From positions 24,118,001-24,182,000 of the forward strand of contig JBHGNT010000003.1 of the NCBI GenBank assembly GCA_043228905.1: a stretch of 64,000 nucleotides of DNA, written 5' to 3'. The translations under genes were made by a program, and so were the position numbers. Position 1 is the first letter of the stretch. Every line of letters starts with the position of its first letter. This document shows, one piece after another, positions 14,430-25,455 of this stretch. Under the pieces are notes generated by a model, which was not told the DNA's origin, made no database searches, and saw only the letters and a program-made list of their open reading frames with translations. The DNA comes from Azolla caroliniana. Taxonomy: Eukaryota; Plantae; Polypodiophyta.

Positions 14430-16400
14430 CAAGGCCAAACAAAGGAAGATTGCAAGACACCCTGCAATTAGACTGCAATTAGACATTAGAGCAGTTTTGA
14501 ATAATAAAAGAGGAAATATTAAGAAGATAAAGCTCCAAAATATGACATCAAAATGTGTGTGGGAAGCATTTAAGAGTCATAATGTATCTATGGAGAAAAT
14601 GCTTTTCAGTGAATCATATGTCTCATAAAAACACCCACAAATGTAGCGCAATGAAAAAATTATTTGATAAACAACTCTAAGAGAACCAAAAGTACACATA
14701 TGAGATTATACATCACCAAAGACAAGTAAAATGTTCTGCAATCTCTACACTTAATACAAAGAACTTATTCAGAAAAATAAGGAGAAAATGAGAAGTTAAT
14801 TGAAATTTTCACGAAACTTAGAACAAAGTACACGCATAAATTAACTTTTGGGGAAATATAAAGTGGAAAACATGTAGAGAATTGTTGTTGATTAACTCTT
14901 GTGGATTTATGTGTCATGGTTCTCTTCTATCAGACTTCTTTCTTCACTATTACGGATATATGCAGAAGTCTTACAATTTTGGTCAATTCCCAAGACATGA
15001 TACCTTGAAGGTATCAAACCTAAAATGCTTCAATGGACGAGAAAGGACATACTCGTTGAGATATGTGACATGTTTAATCATGCATTGTACCAAGATATGC
15101 CTCACCATTGGAGTACAACTTGGATCGAAACTCCACATAAAGAGGTTTGATGTAAATTATGAACAATCAAGATCAATTCTCCAATGGCAAAGTTATTTAG
15201 ATGTATAATAGAAACAAAGTTGAGTGAATGGTCTCACATGAACAGAATTTCATTTGAAAAGTAAAAAACTATATTGTTGCTTGACGGTCTTAAAAGAAAG
15301 TTTTTGATAGGGTGTCCCATGAGCATTGAGATGTATGGAAGAACTCCAATTGCAAATTAAAGCCAGTGGACAAGAAAGGAAACACTCACTGAGATATATG
15401 AATGTTTAATCATACATTGTAGCAAGGTATGCCTCAGAATTGGAGTACAACTTGGATCAAACCACTACATAAATGGCTTGATGTGAATTATGGACAATCA
15501 AGATCAATCCTCAAATAGCGAAGTTATTTGGATGCATTATAGAAACAAAGTTGAGAGCATAGACCAACTGAACAGAATGACATTTGAAAATTAAAGAGCT
15601 ATATTGTTGCTTTATGGGCTTAAAAGAAAGTTTTTGATAGCGTGTCCCCTGAGCATTGTTGGAGGTGCACAGAAGAACTCCAAATGCAAAGGGAATTCAT
15701 GCATGCAATCTGGCATATCTACGAAAGGTGTTATATAGTGTGTTGATGGAAATGGGATCTTGAAGAAGACAATGATCACTTTCATCAATTCTCTTTAGAT
15801 TATGCGTCAATTAAATTGGAACATACAGAGTTTGTACAACAAGAAGGCATCAGAAGGTTAGGGCATAAAATGCATTTGTCCTGATTCTGTTAAATGCATA
15901 TTAATTAGGGTTTCTAGCAAACACGTTCAAAGATGCAAAAGCACTTATGAAGTTATGAGTGTCTTGGAAACCTTATGGATGCACAATGATGATAGCATCA
16001 ATAGCTCCAAAACGAATATATACTCTCAATAAAGATGAACCATGCATTGTGCACAATGAGCCACCTTGGCCTTGAGACCAACTCTATATGGAATGAGTGT
16101 GACACTAGTTTCTTGGAAGCTGGAAAAGGGCATAGTATGCATTTACAACATGTAAAATAAGAAGAAAATATCTCTTTTACAGTTTGGTTGTTCGAATGCT
16201 AGTCCACAAGATAGCGTGCCTGAAGTCCACTTGGAACAAGTTTGAAAATGTCCACAAAAATCTTTAGACAGTTTCTCAAAGTCACGTTACAAATGTTGCA
16301 CATACTCCTACTTCTTGATACTAAGTATATTTTCCATTGATATCATACACATTGAGATGATAATGAAATACACATATTTAAGAATCAAATAAACTGATGA
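14430..16400 (+). mobile_element. Degenerate RTE-type LINE ORF2 (reverse transcriptase) remnant with an internal ~333-bp tandem duplication
   Basis: Frameshifted translation gives DMFNHALYQDMPHHWSTTWI, INSPMAKLFRCIIETKLSEW, LYCC.. and KSTWNKFENVHK, typical of the RTE RT region. Homologous to the minus-strand copy at 50.2-52.4 kb. Confidence 0.75.
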
Positions 16401-17212
16401 GCTCATTATACTAGCTTCCGAGATCTTTACGAGAAGCAAGTAAAACAAAAGGTTCAAAGAGCATACAAAAACAGACACAACACCCACTAGGTCGTATGAA
16501 ACCTGCGGCTATCTTCAACAAAGTCATACTATTTAATCGGCCCCAAGGTCTGGGACGATGGTAAAAAAAGGGGAAAACTCAAAATTATGGAACTTTAAGA
16601 GGCTGAGGATTATTTGAGGAACAAGGAAATGAATGCGAAACATTAAGGTGAAGAAGAAGAAGAAGAAGGCTTACCTTATCGTAGCCTCGTATAATGAACA
16701 ACAGAAAGAATGGAGGATCCGGAAAGCAGTCGTGATCTAGTAGTTTCAATGAAGGAACATTGCAGATAAGGGGCGATGACAACAATACGATGGATTTAGG
16801 AGTCCGGGACGAATAAACGGACTGACTGACGCAGGAGATGAGGAGACAGGTTTGAGGAGGAACTTCAGAGATGGTACCAAAATTGAAGACACGACATGTT
16901 GAGAGCGTTGATTCTTCGTACAGGGTTTTACCGAAGCAGAAGGAGGGTTTAGGAGAGGGAGAGAAGCGGGATGAAGGAAGCCATTCACTGTTTTGTGAGC
17001 ACTCAGAATCGTGTTATGAGGTTCTCTCGTTCATACATACACATACATGATACATATATGCATTGTATATATGTATGTACGCTCGTGACTAACTACTACC
17101 AAATATTTAAGAGGGCAAGCGAGGGAATCGCGGAGAGGGACGGTGCAGGTCGCACCGCTGATGGCGCGTTCAATCTCCACCGTCCAAGATGGATAAAAAG
17201 CTGACAGCGTCT

Positions 17213-17441
17213 GTCACCAGGAGCCCGACTCTGTGAAAAGGATCTCGACTCTCTGACAACCTCTGTCGCCAGGAGCCCCGCTGTTAGACAGCCTCTGTAA
17301 GCAGGACCCCGACTCTGTCAAAAGGAACCCCGTTGTTTGACAACATCAGTAAGAAGGAGCCTGACTCTGTCAAAAGGAGCCCCGCTGTTTGACAACCTCT
17401 GTCATCAGGAGCCCGGCCGACTCAGGGAAGGATCCCGACTT
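17213..17441. repeat. Subterminal repeats (AGGAGCCCGACTCTGT / GACAACCTCTGTC-like units) of the MULE-like element
   Basis: Several GGA(G/C)CCCG(A)CT units just inside the left TIR; the inverted motif GAGTCGGGCTC lies near the right end (about 31096). Confidence 0.75.
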
Positions 17442-17623
17442 AAAAACAAACATCAAAAACTCCAAAAAATGGTAAGTGTACAACAAATATTTGCCATGAA
17501 AATGATGATAAAATTTCTCAAAAAAACCTACAGATTCAAATAACAAGTCTTACATAAAATATTAAAATGTCAAATGTTGACAACCCTAAAATGAAATATG
17601 AATATACATGTTACATATTAAGA

Positions 17624-18771
17624 TTATGGCTCATGTTGGGATGATTGCAAGATGCAACCACAATTTTTACAACATGTAACATTCGAGTCCCTTGAAGTCA
17701 ATGTCAAGCCATCGCAACGCAAACACCGAACCTTCTCATGGTCACATATTGGCAATCGCTTCCTAGCTCGACTTGCACCTCTTTGTAGTTTTCCGGAGTG
17801 GGATTTGGAAGTGTTTGGGGAGCTACCAATAAGTTCTTGCAAGATGTCTATTGTTGCACTTCTTTTGGCACTGATTTGTTGGTTACGACTTATTGATCTA
17901 CCATCTTCTTCATTGGTTGATTTTGGTGCACCAACGCGATACACCTTCTCAACCACATCTTCCAATGTTTATATACCTTCGACCGTTACCCATTTACAAC
18001 AATCCAAGATTGACGGTCTGTTGCAACCACATTAGTTATGGCATTATATGATGTCCAACATTTATCAATCACTATCGCATTTGGCCTCACCGTGGGCATC
18101 CTTGTGAATATGACTCTCAAACAAGTTTCTAATGCGACTTGCTCATGGTTTGACCCCTTATCAGAACTACAAAGCATGTACCATAATGGGATCCCAATTC
18201 CCATGGCGTTGGGGGCAACAACTGCATATAATGGTAGCTCGAATTGGTTTGTTTTAAATGTTGAGTCGACTGCCAAAGAATTGTTTAGGGTCAACCACTC
18301 ACACATTTCCAACATCCATTGATCTTGAAGTATCAAGATAAATGGTTATCTGGCAGGAGATCCTGGTTCACCAGGTAGGTAGGGTTGAACATGAGCCACT
18401 TTCCCAGGATCTCGGAGTGCATAGGCATCTTGCATCATCAAAGCCCAATCAACCTTAGTCATGCCACTCCCGATTTTTAACCTATTTGCCATGTTATGGA
18501 CCTCCTTTGGTATCATAAAGAACTGATAGCTAACAAGCTCTAATGGACTAGCCTTGGACTTATGATATGCTTCCTTACGCATGCTCATTCGTGCCACATG
18601 CCTTGCACACCCAACATCAAATAGGTCATCTTTGCAACAACTTATGACATTGGGGTATATTGGCAAATGGTACACATCTGACCTACTACATGGTACATGA
18701 CCACTATGAGGTCCATATATTGAAATGGTAAGTGTCTCATTGTCAACACCATCATTCATTCTAATGTACAC
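17624..18771 (-). pseudogene. Disrupted MULE transposase (N-terminal H-x-x-H region, first two catalytic Asp, C-terminal Cys-rich fragment)
   Basis: ORFs 18771-18346 and 18336-17986 share a frame across one TAA and contain LAVDSTFKTNQFELPLY..GIGIPLWY and RPNAIVIDKC (MULE-domain signature). 17965-17624 ends in CLRC..CKNC. Confidence 0.8.
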
Positions 18772-19029
18772 ATGGAATGTTTAGGGCTATTAGTGAACGA
18801 TCGAGAATGCGAGTGAATGAAATGAGTGCGAGTGATTAATAGACTAAGGAAGGGAATGAGTTCAACCCTTACTGACTAAGTCTACCTCTTAGTGCATGCT
18901 ACTGAATTTGGTGAATCAATTTAGTGTAGTCGTTAGTATGATCATTGAACCGCCATCATTACACGTAGTTGCGCACTTGACTATTAATGAGTCGGGCTCC
19001 TCATTAATCAGTCGGGCTCCCTCCTATAA

Positions 19030-19150
19030 CATTATTGTACATTGCTTTGTCTACCTTTTCCATTATTGACTAGTATTGCATTATTGTACATTGCTTTTGA
19101 TACCTTCTCCATTATTGACTAGTATTGCATTATTGTACATTGCTTTTGAA
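19030..19150. repeat. 49-bp tandem repeat (about 2.5 copies)
   Basis: CATTATTGTACATTGCTTT..TACCTT.TCCATTATTGACTAGTATTG is repeated. Confidence 0.85.
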
Positions 19151-20289
19151 TAAGATTCACATTGAGTCACACACTAACCAAAATGACATTCAAATTGAGT
19201 CATATACAACCAGAATGAGATTCAAATAATAAGAATCACAACCAACACGTTCGCGTTCACAAGTGGAAGGATTGCGCATTCCACTTGTAGAATCTTCTTA
19301 AAACGAAGCAAATACACCCTCTCTACAAAAATTGGATGCACTAGTATCACATGTTCCTCAACTTGATGAGAATTTGCAAATATAAAAATACATGATAGAT
19401 CTACGAGTGGAGATCATTAGAAATCATGCAAGTTTAGACACGTTGATAAGTTAATGTAGGCATAATAAAGTTCAACTATGGCTCAATATGTCACTACTGT
19501 GCGACAAGGGAAACACTAACTTAAAGACTTATATTAATTAGGTAAGTTTTACAAAAATATCAGGTGTACTTGTATCTATACTAATAAAATGAGTTATAAT
19601 TTATACTTTGACCCATACGTGCATGTATGTAATTGTGTAAAATGTAGGATAGTGCACATTAGGATAAGTGATTGGAATAACTAACTTATTAAAGTATTCA
19701 ATACTTGTATTTAAAGTTGATCTAATCTATTCCTCAGTTTGTTCATATGGGATCAAACCATATGTATATAATTGTGGACAATGTAAGGCAGTGAACTTTA
19801 GGATAATGTCGTGGAAATAACAAACCTATTAGGCTTTCATACCTGTATTTAAAATTGATCTACTCTATTGCTTAGGTGATTCACATAGGATCAAACTCCG
19901 AACGATAACGCAACTGGAACCATTATCAACACACTACACAATCTAAGCAGCAATGGAATAGAAACATAATAGTTTTAACAATAGAAGACAAAGATCCATA
20001 ATAACAACATGGACAATCATGGCAACAATTATAGGGCCATTTTCTGTTAAGGTTAGCTTGGACCAAAATCAGCCTCAATTTAAACTAGTTCATGTTTCTC
20101 CATAAATTTGGTAGTCAGCTATGCACGCGGTGAAACCAATGTCATAAATCTACTAACCAAGTATATAAAAATAAAATTGAAACATATAGAAGATTATAAA
20201 GAATAGAATCCACTAGGTAAAACCCAAAATTTGTATTAATAATGTGAAATCCTAACAAATCGTCAGTGTCATTTTCTTCATAGAGTCTA

Positions 20290-23200
20290 TTACATAGCAA
20301 TCAATTCATCAACGTCATTTTCTTCATCATCTTGTGTAGAACTGTCTTCGGCTATACGTGCATTGGTTTCCCCTGTTAGCCAAGCCAACGAAATATCTTC
20401 TATAAGCTCATCATCAAGCTCTATTAGCTCCCCCAGTTCGCCAGCTAACGGAGGAATAGGCTCTCACGAAGCAAGTTGAAACCTTTCTGTATTAGCGAGG
20501 TTCTTTGCACCGACCTCCTCATCCTGGTCTGGGCACTCCCACAAAGCCTTAATCCGCATATTAATAAATATAACTTGGTCCTCGTCCTTCTCCAATGCAA
20601 CTGTATTTCTAAAAAGCTTCAATGCACATGCAAACGTAGTTCCTGTGATGTAAGTAACAAGAAGATTTAGTTGTCAAACGAAAAAAAAAGGGATTGGTTA
20701 TCTCAAGATCGTTACCCTAGTTCGAGGAATACCTGTGCCAGAAAAGAGATCTAATATCCAGTCTCCTTCGACAGAAACCATCTCAATCAAGTGCATCATA
20801 AGTCGTTGAGGTTTTTGGTATGGGTTGACAAGTCCCCGTTCTGTCGTGGTGACATGTCGCAATTTCCGTGTCACTGCTGGATATACCAACAGATTTGAAC
20901 CTCCCACTTCATTAGAATGCTCCTTGATTCTCTGTTTCTTAATTTCATCGAAGTAGCCAACTGTTATGTATTCAATGGCATTAACGAACCGAAAAATTGG
21001 CCCTCTATTTACATTGGTCTTGATCCTATAAAAAATAATACATCGAGTTAAGAATAGATTCAACAACCTTAAGAAATGCAATATAGTGAAAGACACCTAT
21101 AAATAATCCTTACCATGCAAGGTTCTCAATGCCATGGCAACGAGATCTCAAAGCTTGAGCTACCGAGTACCCTTGGTCCATACTATGAAAGACAACTATT
21201 CGCCACAAGGATGCGGTCGTTAGCTCAGCGAAATCCTTGACCATCTTCTCCAATTGTTTAAACCTAAATGGTTCATCATCGTATGATGACCCAACCATTC
21301 GAAATCCGTAAGGAATATCCACAATCATTAGCGTATATTCCTTCTTTGGCACCTTTTGGATCAAGTCGACGACATCACCGCAAACCACATTGTAGTAAAG
21401 ATCTCTCGTAATATATTTTTTGTGGTTAAATTTTTAAAGGAGCCATCTTCCTCCATTTCGTACGCCTTGACTAAGCGATGATCCTTTTCTTTTCTGGCTC
21501 GCTCGAGATGTGCAAGGAAGGATGTAGGGAAATCGTGTATATCCTTAACTTCTCCTTGTTTCTTGCCTCGACACGGTTTCTAATAGAAGCAATAGGACAT
21601 CAGGTATTATTATACAAGCTCTACATATGATGAAAGGGTAATGAAAAACCATCAATACTAACCCAATCCTTGAATGCAATAAAATACTCTGATAATGCCT
21701 TATATGAAGACGTTAGAGGATAATCCTCGGTCACTTGTTCCCAAGTTATACATCCAAGTTGTTTTATCATAACTTCTTGGATCTTCATGTACACCTTATG
21801 ACTGTAAAATTAGAATTCAAGATTAGAACTTTGAATTACACCAGATAGACTACAATTTCAGTATTTGAAAGACTTACTTATTGAACTCAGTGACCATTTC
21901 TTCAAGGCTTAAATCTTTCGCCACAACCCTTGACAAAACAGACACAAGAAGCTGCTCGTCCTTAATACCTTGCATCGCTCTCCATAGAGACAGCTTCATG
22001 TCGTCTGCCGCTTCTTCAATTGTCAAGTCAATTTTCTTGGCGGCTTGTGACTTTAACTCTAGTTGAGGGTCAACCTTACATTTCTTTTGTCGTTGACCCT
22101 TTACCTCCTTATTCTCCCACATTGAGAAGATTTGATCTTGTAGGTCCCATACTTCTCCATCTCTAAACGCCAATTGAAACCAAGACTCATACTTTCGAAG
22201 ACCATCGGACTTAACATTATCATCTACCACAATGCTGACTTCATGCAGACATTGACGTCGTAGGCCTGGATGTAACTTCACACCAAACTTTTGTTTCACG
22301 TCTAAATACTCGTGGTGGAAGAACCGTATACGCTCAATGAACGACATTTTCTGCCTATACTCATTATCATTATTATGGTCCCATGCCAACAACTTAGCCT
22401 CTTCGGTTGTGAGCCCAACATAAATTTTGCACTCGGCATACTTGAAGAAGAAAGTTGTTGGATGTTCTCTCACAAGTTGCCGATGTGCCTCTGCTGAATG
22501 CAATCCACCAATGACAAAATAATTATATTGATCATGCTTTCTAATATCAAAATCTTCAAAGGTTTCACATTCTTCAGGATCTACAATAACAATAAAAGGC
22601 ACCACAGTGGCATGAGGATTAATTTTCATTTTTTTCTTGAGATTTTGAACATGCATGCGGTGTGGCTCTCTAATCTCAAGTGGTTGTCGACCTGTTTTTT
22701 CATCAATAGGGGGCCGATGGATGTGTGTTATAGGCAAATTAAACACTTGCCCTTTCCTGACCAGTTTCCGTTGCATTAACTCTCTCCTTATCTTATTTTG
22801 CTCGGATGACAAAACACTCGAGGCTAGCTCAGCTCCTGGTGTCCCCTTATTATCCTCCTCTTCGTTTTCACTTGTTGAATCCATGTCCGACATTTTGGTT
22901 GTCTTCTTCTTTGGTGGTCTTGACTGGACTTTGGATACCCTTTTTGTGGCCTTCAATGGGGAGGGCACTTCATCTCTTAGAGTTACATGGCCTTGTAAGG
23001 CCTCAAGGTAACAATAAGGTTTTGTTAGCTTTCAAGATCTTTTTTGAACGCTTCTGGCCCACAAGATTCCTTTACTAAAAGGTCTTCTGAAAGGAACACT
23101 TTACGTACCCCCTTGGAGCACTCTATCATTACCAGTATGTTGGCCGAATTTGCATCTTCATAGTCAAATCGTAGAATACGACCATACATAAATGGGGTTT

Positions 23201-24639
23201 CCTTTCCAAGCTGCCCCTCCCCCTTCTTCTTTGTTGTATACAATACGACTTTTTTCTTTGAGTCGACATATTGCATACACCATTCCTTGTCCGTTAGATC
23301 TCGGTCAGGAAGGTCTTCACCTCCAGTAGCGGCGACAAGTTTCTTTTGGCTAACATCAATATGTGGTTGAGATTTTGTCTCTTCGTTGAAGAGAAGCTTT
23401 TTTCCTCTCTTCATGGTCTCAAGAGCTACCTTGGTCTGGGCTTCGATTGGAGAACCCTGTATGCGAAGCTTTATTTTCTTCACGGGTCGGTCCGACAGGT
23501 TCTCAAACGACCTATTTAAGAAAGTATATGCAAAAACATAAGTTAGGTGGTCACGTAGATTAAGGTTGTATATTAAAATATAAATATTAAGATGAAGAAC
23601 AGTTCTCACTAGCAGTCCTATATTCAAAAATCTATTCTAGGCAGGGCTATTCAAACTAGAAAATATATATCGTAATAAGTAAATAGGGTTATATATTCTT
23701 TTAAAGAGTAGGTATGACTTATATATATTCCAAACCTATATTGAGGAGAATTTGCTATCGTAAAGGCAATTTGTGGATCATTTTCTACTATTTTAAGCTA
23801 AAGTAGGTCATAAAACACCTATAATTAGGGCATGTTTTTTTTAAAAAGTAAGGCAAGTCAACATAAAAAAGACTGATTTTGACAGACAATTTGATATCTT
23901 TTCCACACAATAATTAATTGTTACCCCAAAAACACAATTTTTCTCTCTCAGAGCCTTCTTTTATACAGGAACTCGATACGGCGTATCGAGTTCCTGTTTA
24001 AATCCTAAACTTTAAACGGGAACTCGATACGCTGTATCGAGTTCCTATGCTTTCTTTGCTTTTTAAACAGGAACTCGATACAACGTATCGAGTTTGTGTT
24101 TAAAATCCAAACTTTAAACGGGAACTCGATACGGCGTATCGAGTTCCTGTTTAAAGTTTAGGTTTTAAACGGGAACTCGATACGGCGTATCGAGTTCCCG
24201 TTTAAAGTTTAGATTTTAAACACGAACTCGATACGGCGTATCGAGTTTCCGTTTAAAACCTAAACTTTAAACAGGAACTCGATACGGCGTATCGAGTTCT
24301 TGTTTAAAGTTTGGATTTTAAACACGAACTCGATACGCCATATCAAGTTCGTGTTTAAAGTGTAGGTTTTAAACAGGAACTCCATACGCCGTATCGAGTT
24401 CCTGTTTAAAGTGTAGGTTTTAAACAGGAACTCGATACGGCGTATCGAGTTCCTGTTTAAAAAGCAAAAACAAATTATGAACTCGATACGCCGTATCGAG
24501 TTCCTGTATAAAGTTTGTATTGTATACAGGAACTCGATACGGCGTATCGAGTTCTTGAGCAACGAAACATATTTACAAAAATGTCCACAGTGTAAGAGGC
24601 CTACCTGGAGTCCTCGCGCTCGATTCTCTTTGAAGACAT
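20290..24639 (-). pseudogene. ParB/Srx-like domain + beta-class N6-adenine/N4-cytosine DNA methyltransferase fusion, about 973 aa reconstructed; exons 24639-24605, 23511-21878, 21801-21663, 21579-21114, 21025-20733, 20642-20290
   Basis: ParB-like segment ..LPITHIHRP..VVPFIVIV..YFVIGGLHSAEAHRQL..EAKLLAWDHN. MTase motifs appear in beta order: VVCGDVVDLI, LMIVDIPYG (motif IV), WIK..NAIEYI, PYQKPQRLMMHLIEMVSVEGDWILDLFSGTGTT (motif I), RNTVALEKD. All five introns are GT-AG and frame-consistent. Lesions: 1-nt frameshifts near 23032 and 21418, TGA at 20464-20466. Confidence 0.85.
23963..24558. repeat. Array of 12 palindromes (core GAACTCGATACG-N-CGTATCGAGTTC, up to 43 bp with TTTAAAC arms) at an exact 51-bp period, in intron 1 of the ParB-MTase gene
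   Basis: Palindrome centres at 23981, 24032, 24083, 24134, 24185, 24236, 24287, 24338, 24389, 24440, 24491 and 24542. Confidence 0.97.
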
Positions 24640-24746
24640 GGTTGATCGTCTGGCAGTGGAGGCGGAGATCGCGCTTTGGTGCTTTGTGCTCTGTGTGCTC
24701 TGTACGCTCTGTACGCTCTTGTGAGTGAAATATGACGAGGTCTTCC

Positions 24747-24754
24747 TATTTATA
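24747..24754 (-). promoter_or_regulatory. TATA box of the ParB-MTase gene
   Basis: Minus-strand CCTATAAATAGG, about 110 bp upstream of the ATG at 24639. Confidence 0.6.
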
Positions 24755-25455
24755 GGGATTGACCACATTGGTTAAAGTAACCATAGTCACCTTAACCAAG
24801 GTTGGTAAATTTGAGGATAGTTAGTTGGTAACCACAATCACATTAACTAGAGTAACTTATGATTGCATTAATGATTACAAAGTCAAACTAACATATTGAT
24901 CAATCTTTTATAGTCATAACAACCTGCAATGACTTCAAAGGTCATGAAGGAGACAATGATAGAGGTTCATGAATGTACCAATGATTGATTACTAAAAGCA
25001 ACAATTTTTATGACTCTCAAATGCTGTGTATTAAAGATGTTGACATGAATTAACCAATGATTGATAAGTCTAATATTTAAAATGGTGAGCATTAAAGAAC
25101 CAGTGAGTGAGACGTTCTATATCAAAATGGGTGCCATTAATTAGCCAATGATTTTAACATTAATCCAACATATTCATGGCTTGTTAATGATTAGATTTAT
25201 ATTATACTTGATTTAACTTCATATAGATGTAGTTTATATAATAATTGATATTTTAAGTACAATTACTTTATTAAAAATAAATTTTTGATGTATTGTATTA
25301 ATAGAATATTACATAATATAGACATTCTATTGATTTGGCATTTGTTTAGAGAGAAGTTTATGTTTAGAGAGGAGTATATGTTTAGAGAGGAGCTTATTAG
25401 TTTTTTTCCTTACCCTAAGCACATAACTTACAGAGCCCTATCTAGACCTTAAGCC

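Noticed and set aside
23512-23627. Listed start of ORF 23025..23627
   Set aside because: The first ~39 codons are AT-rich intron sequence ending in an AG acceptor at 23513-23512; an in-frame upstream exon (24639-24605) fits better.
23963-24558. CRISPR array interpretation of the regularly spaced palindromes
   Set aside because: Linkers are only about 8 nt, recurrent and invertible rather than unique 25-45-nt spacers. There are no cas genes, and the array lies in a spliceosomal intron.
24260-24728. ORFs with repeated NSIRRIEFL peptides on both strands
   Set aside because: By-product of a 51-bp (17-codon) palindromic repeat, which reads alike on both strands; the region is intronic in my model.
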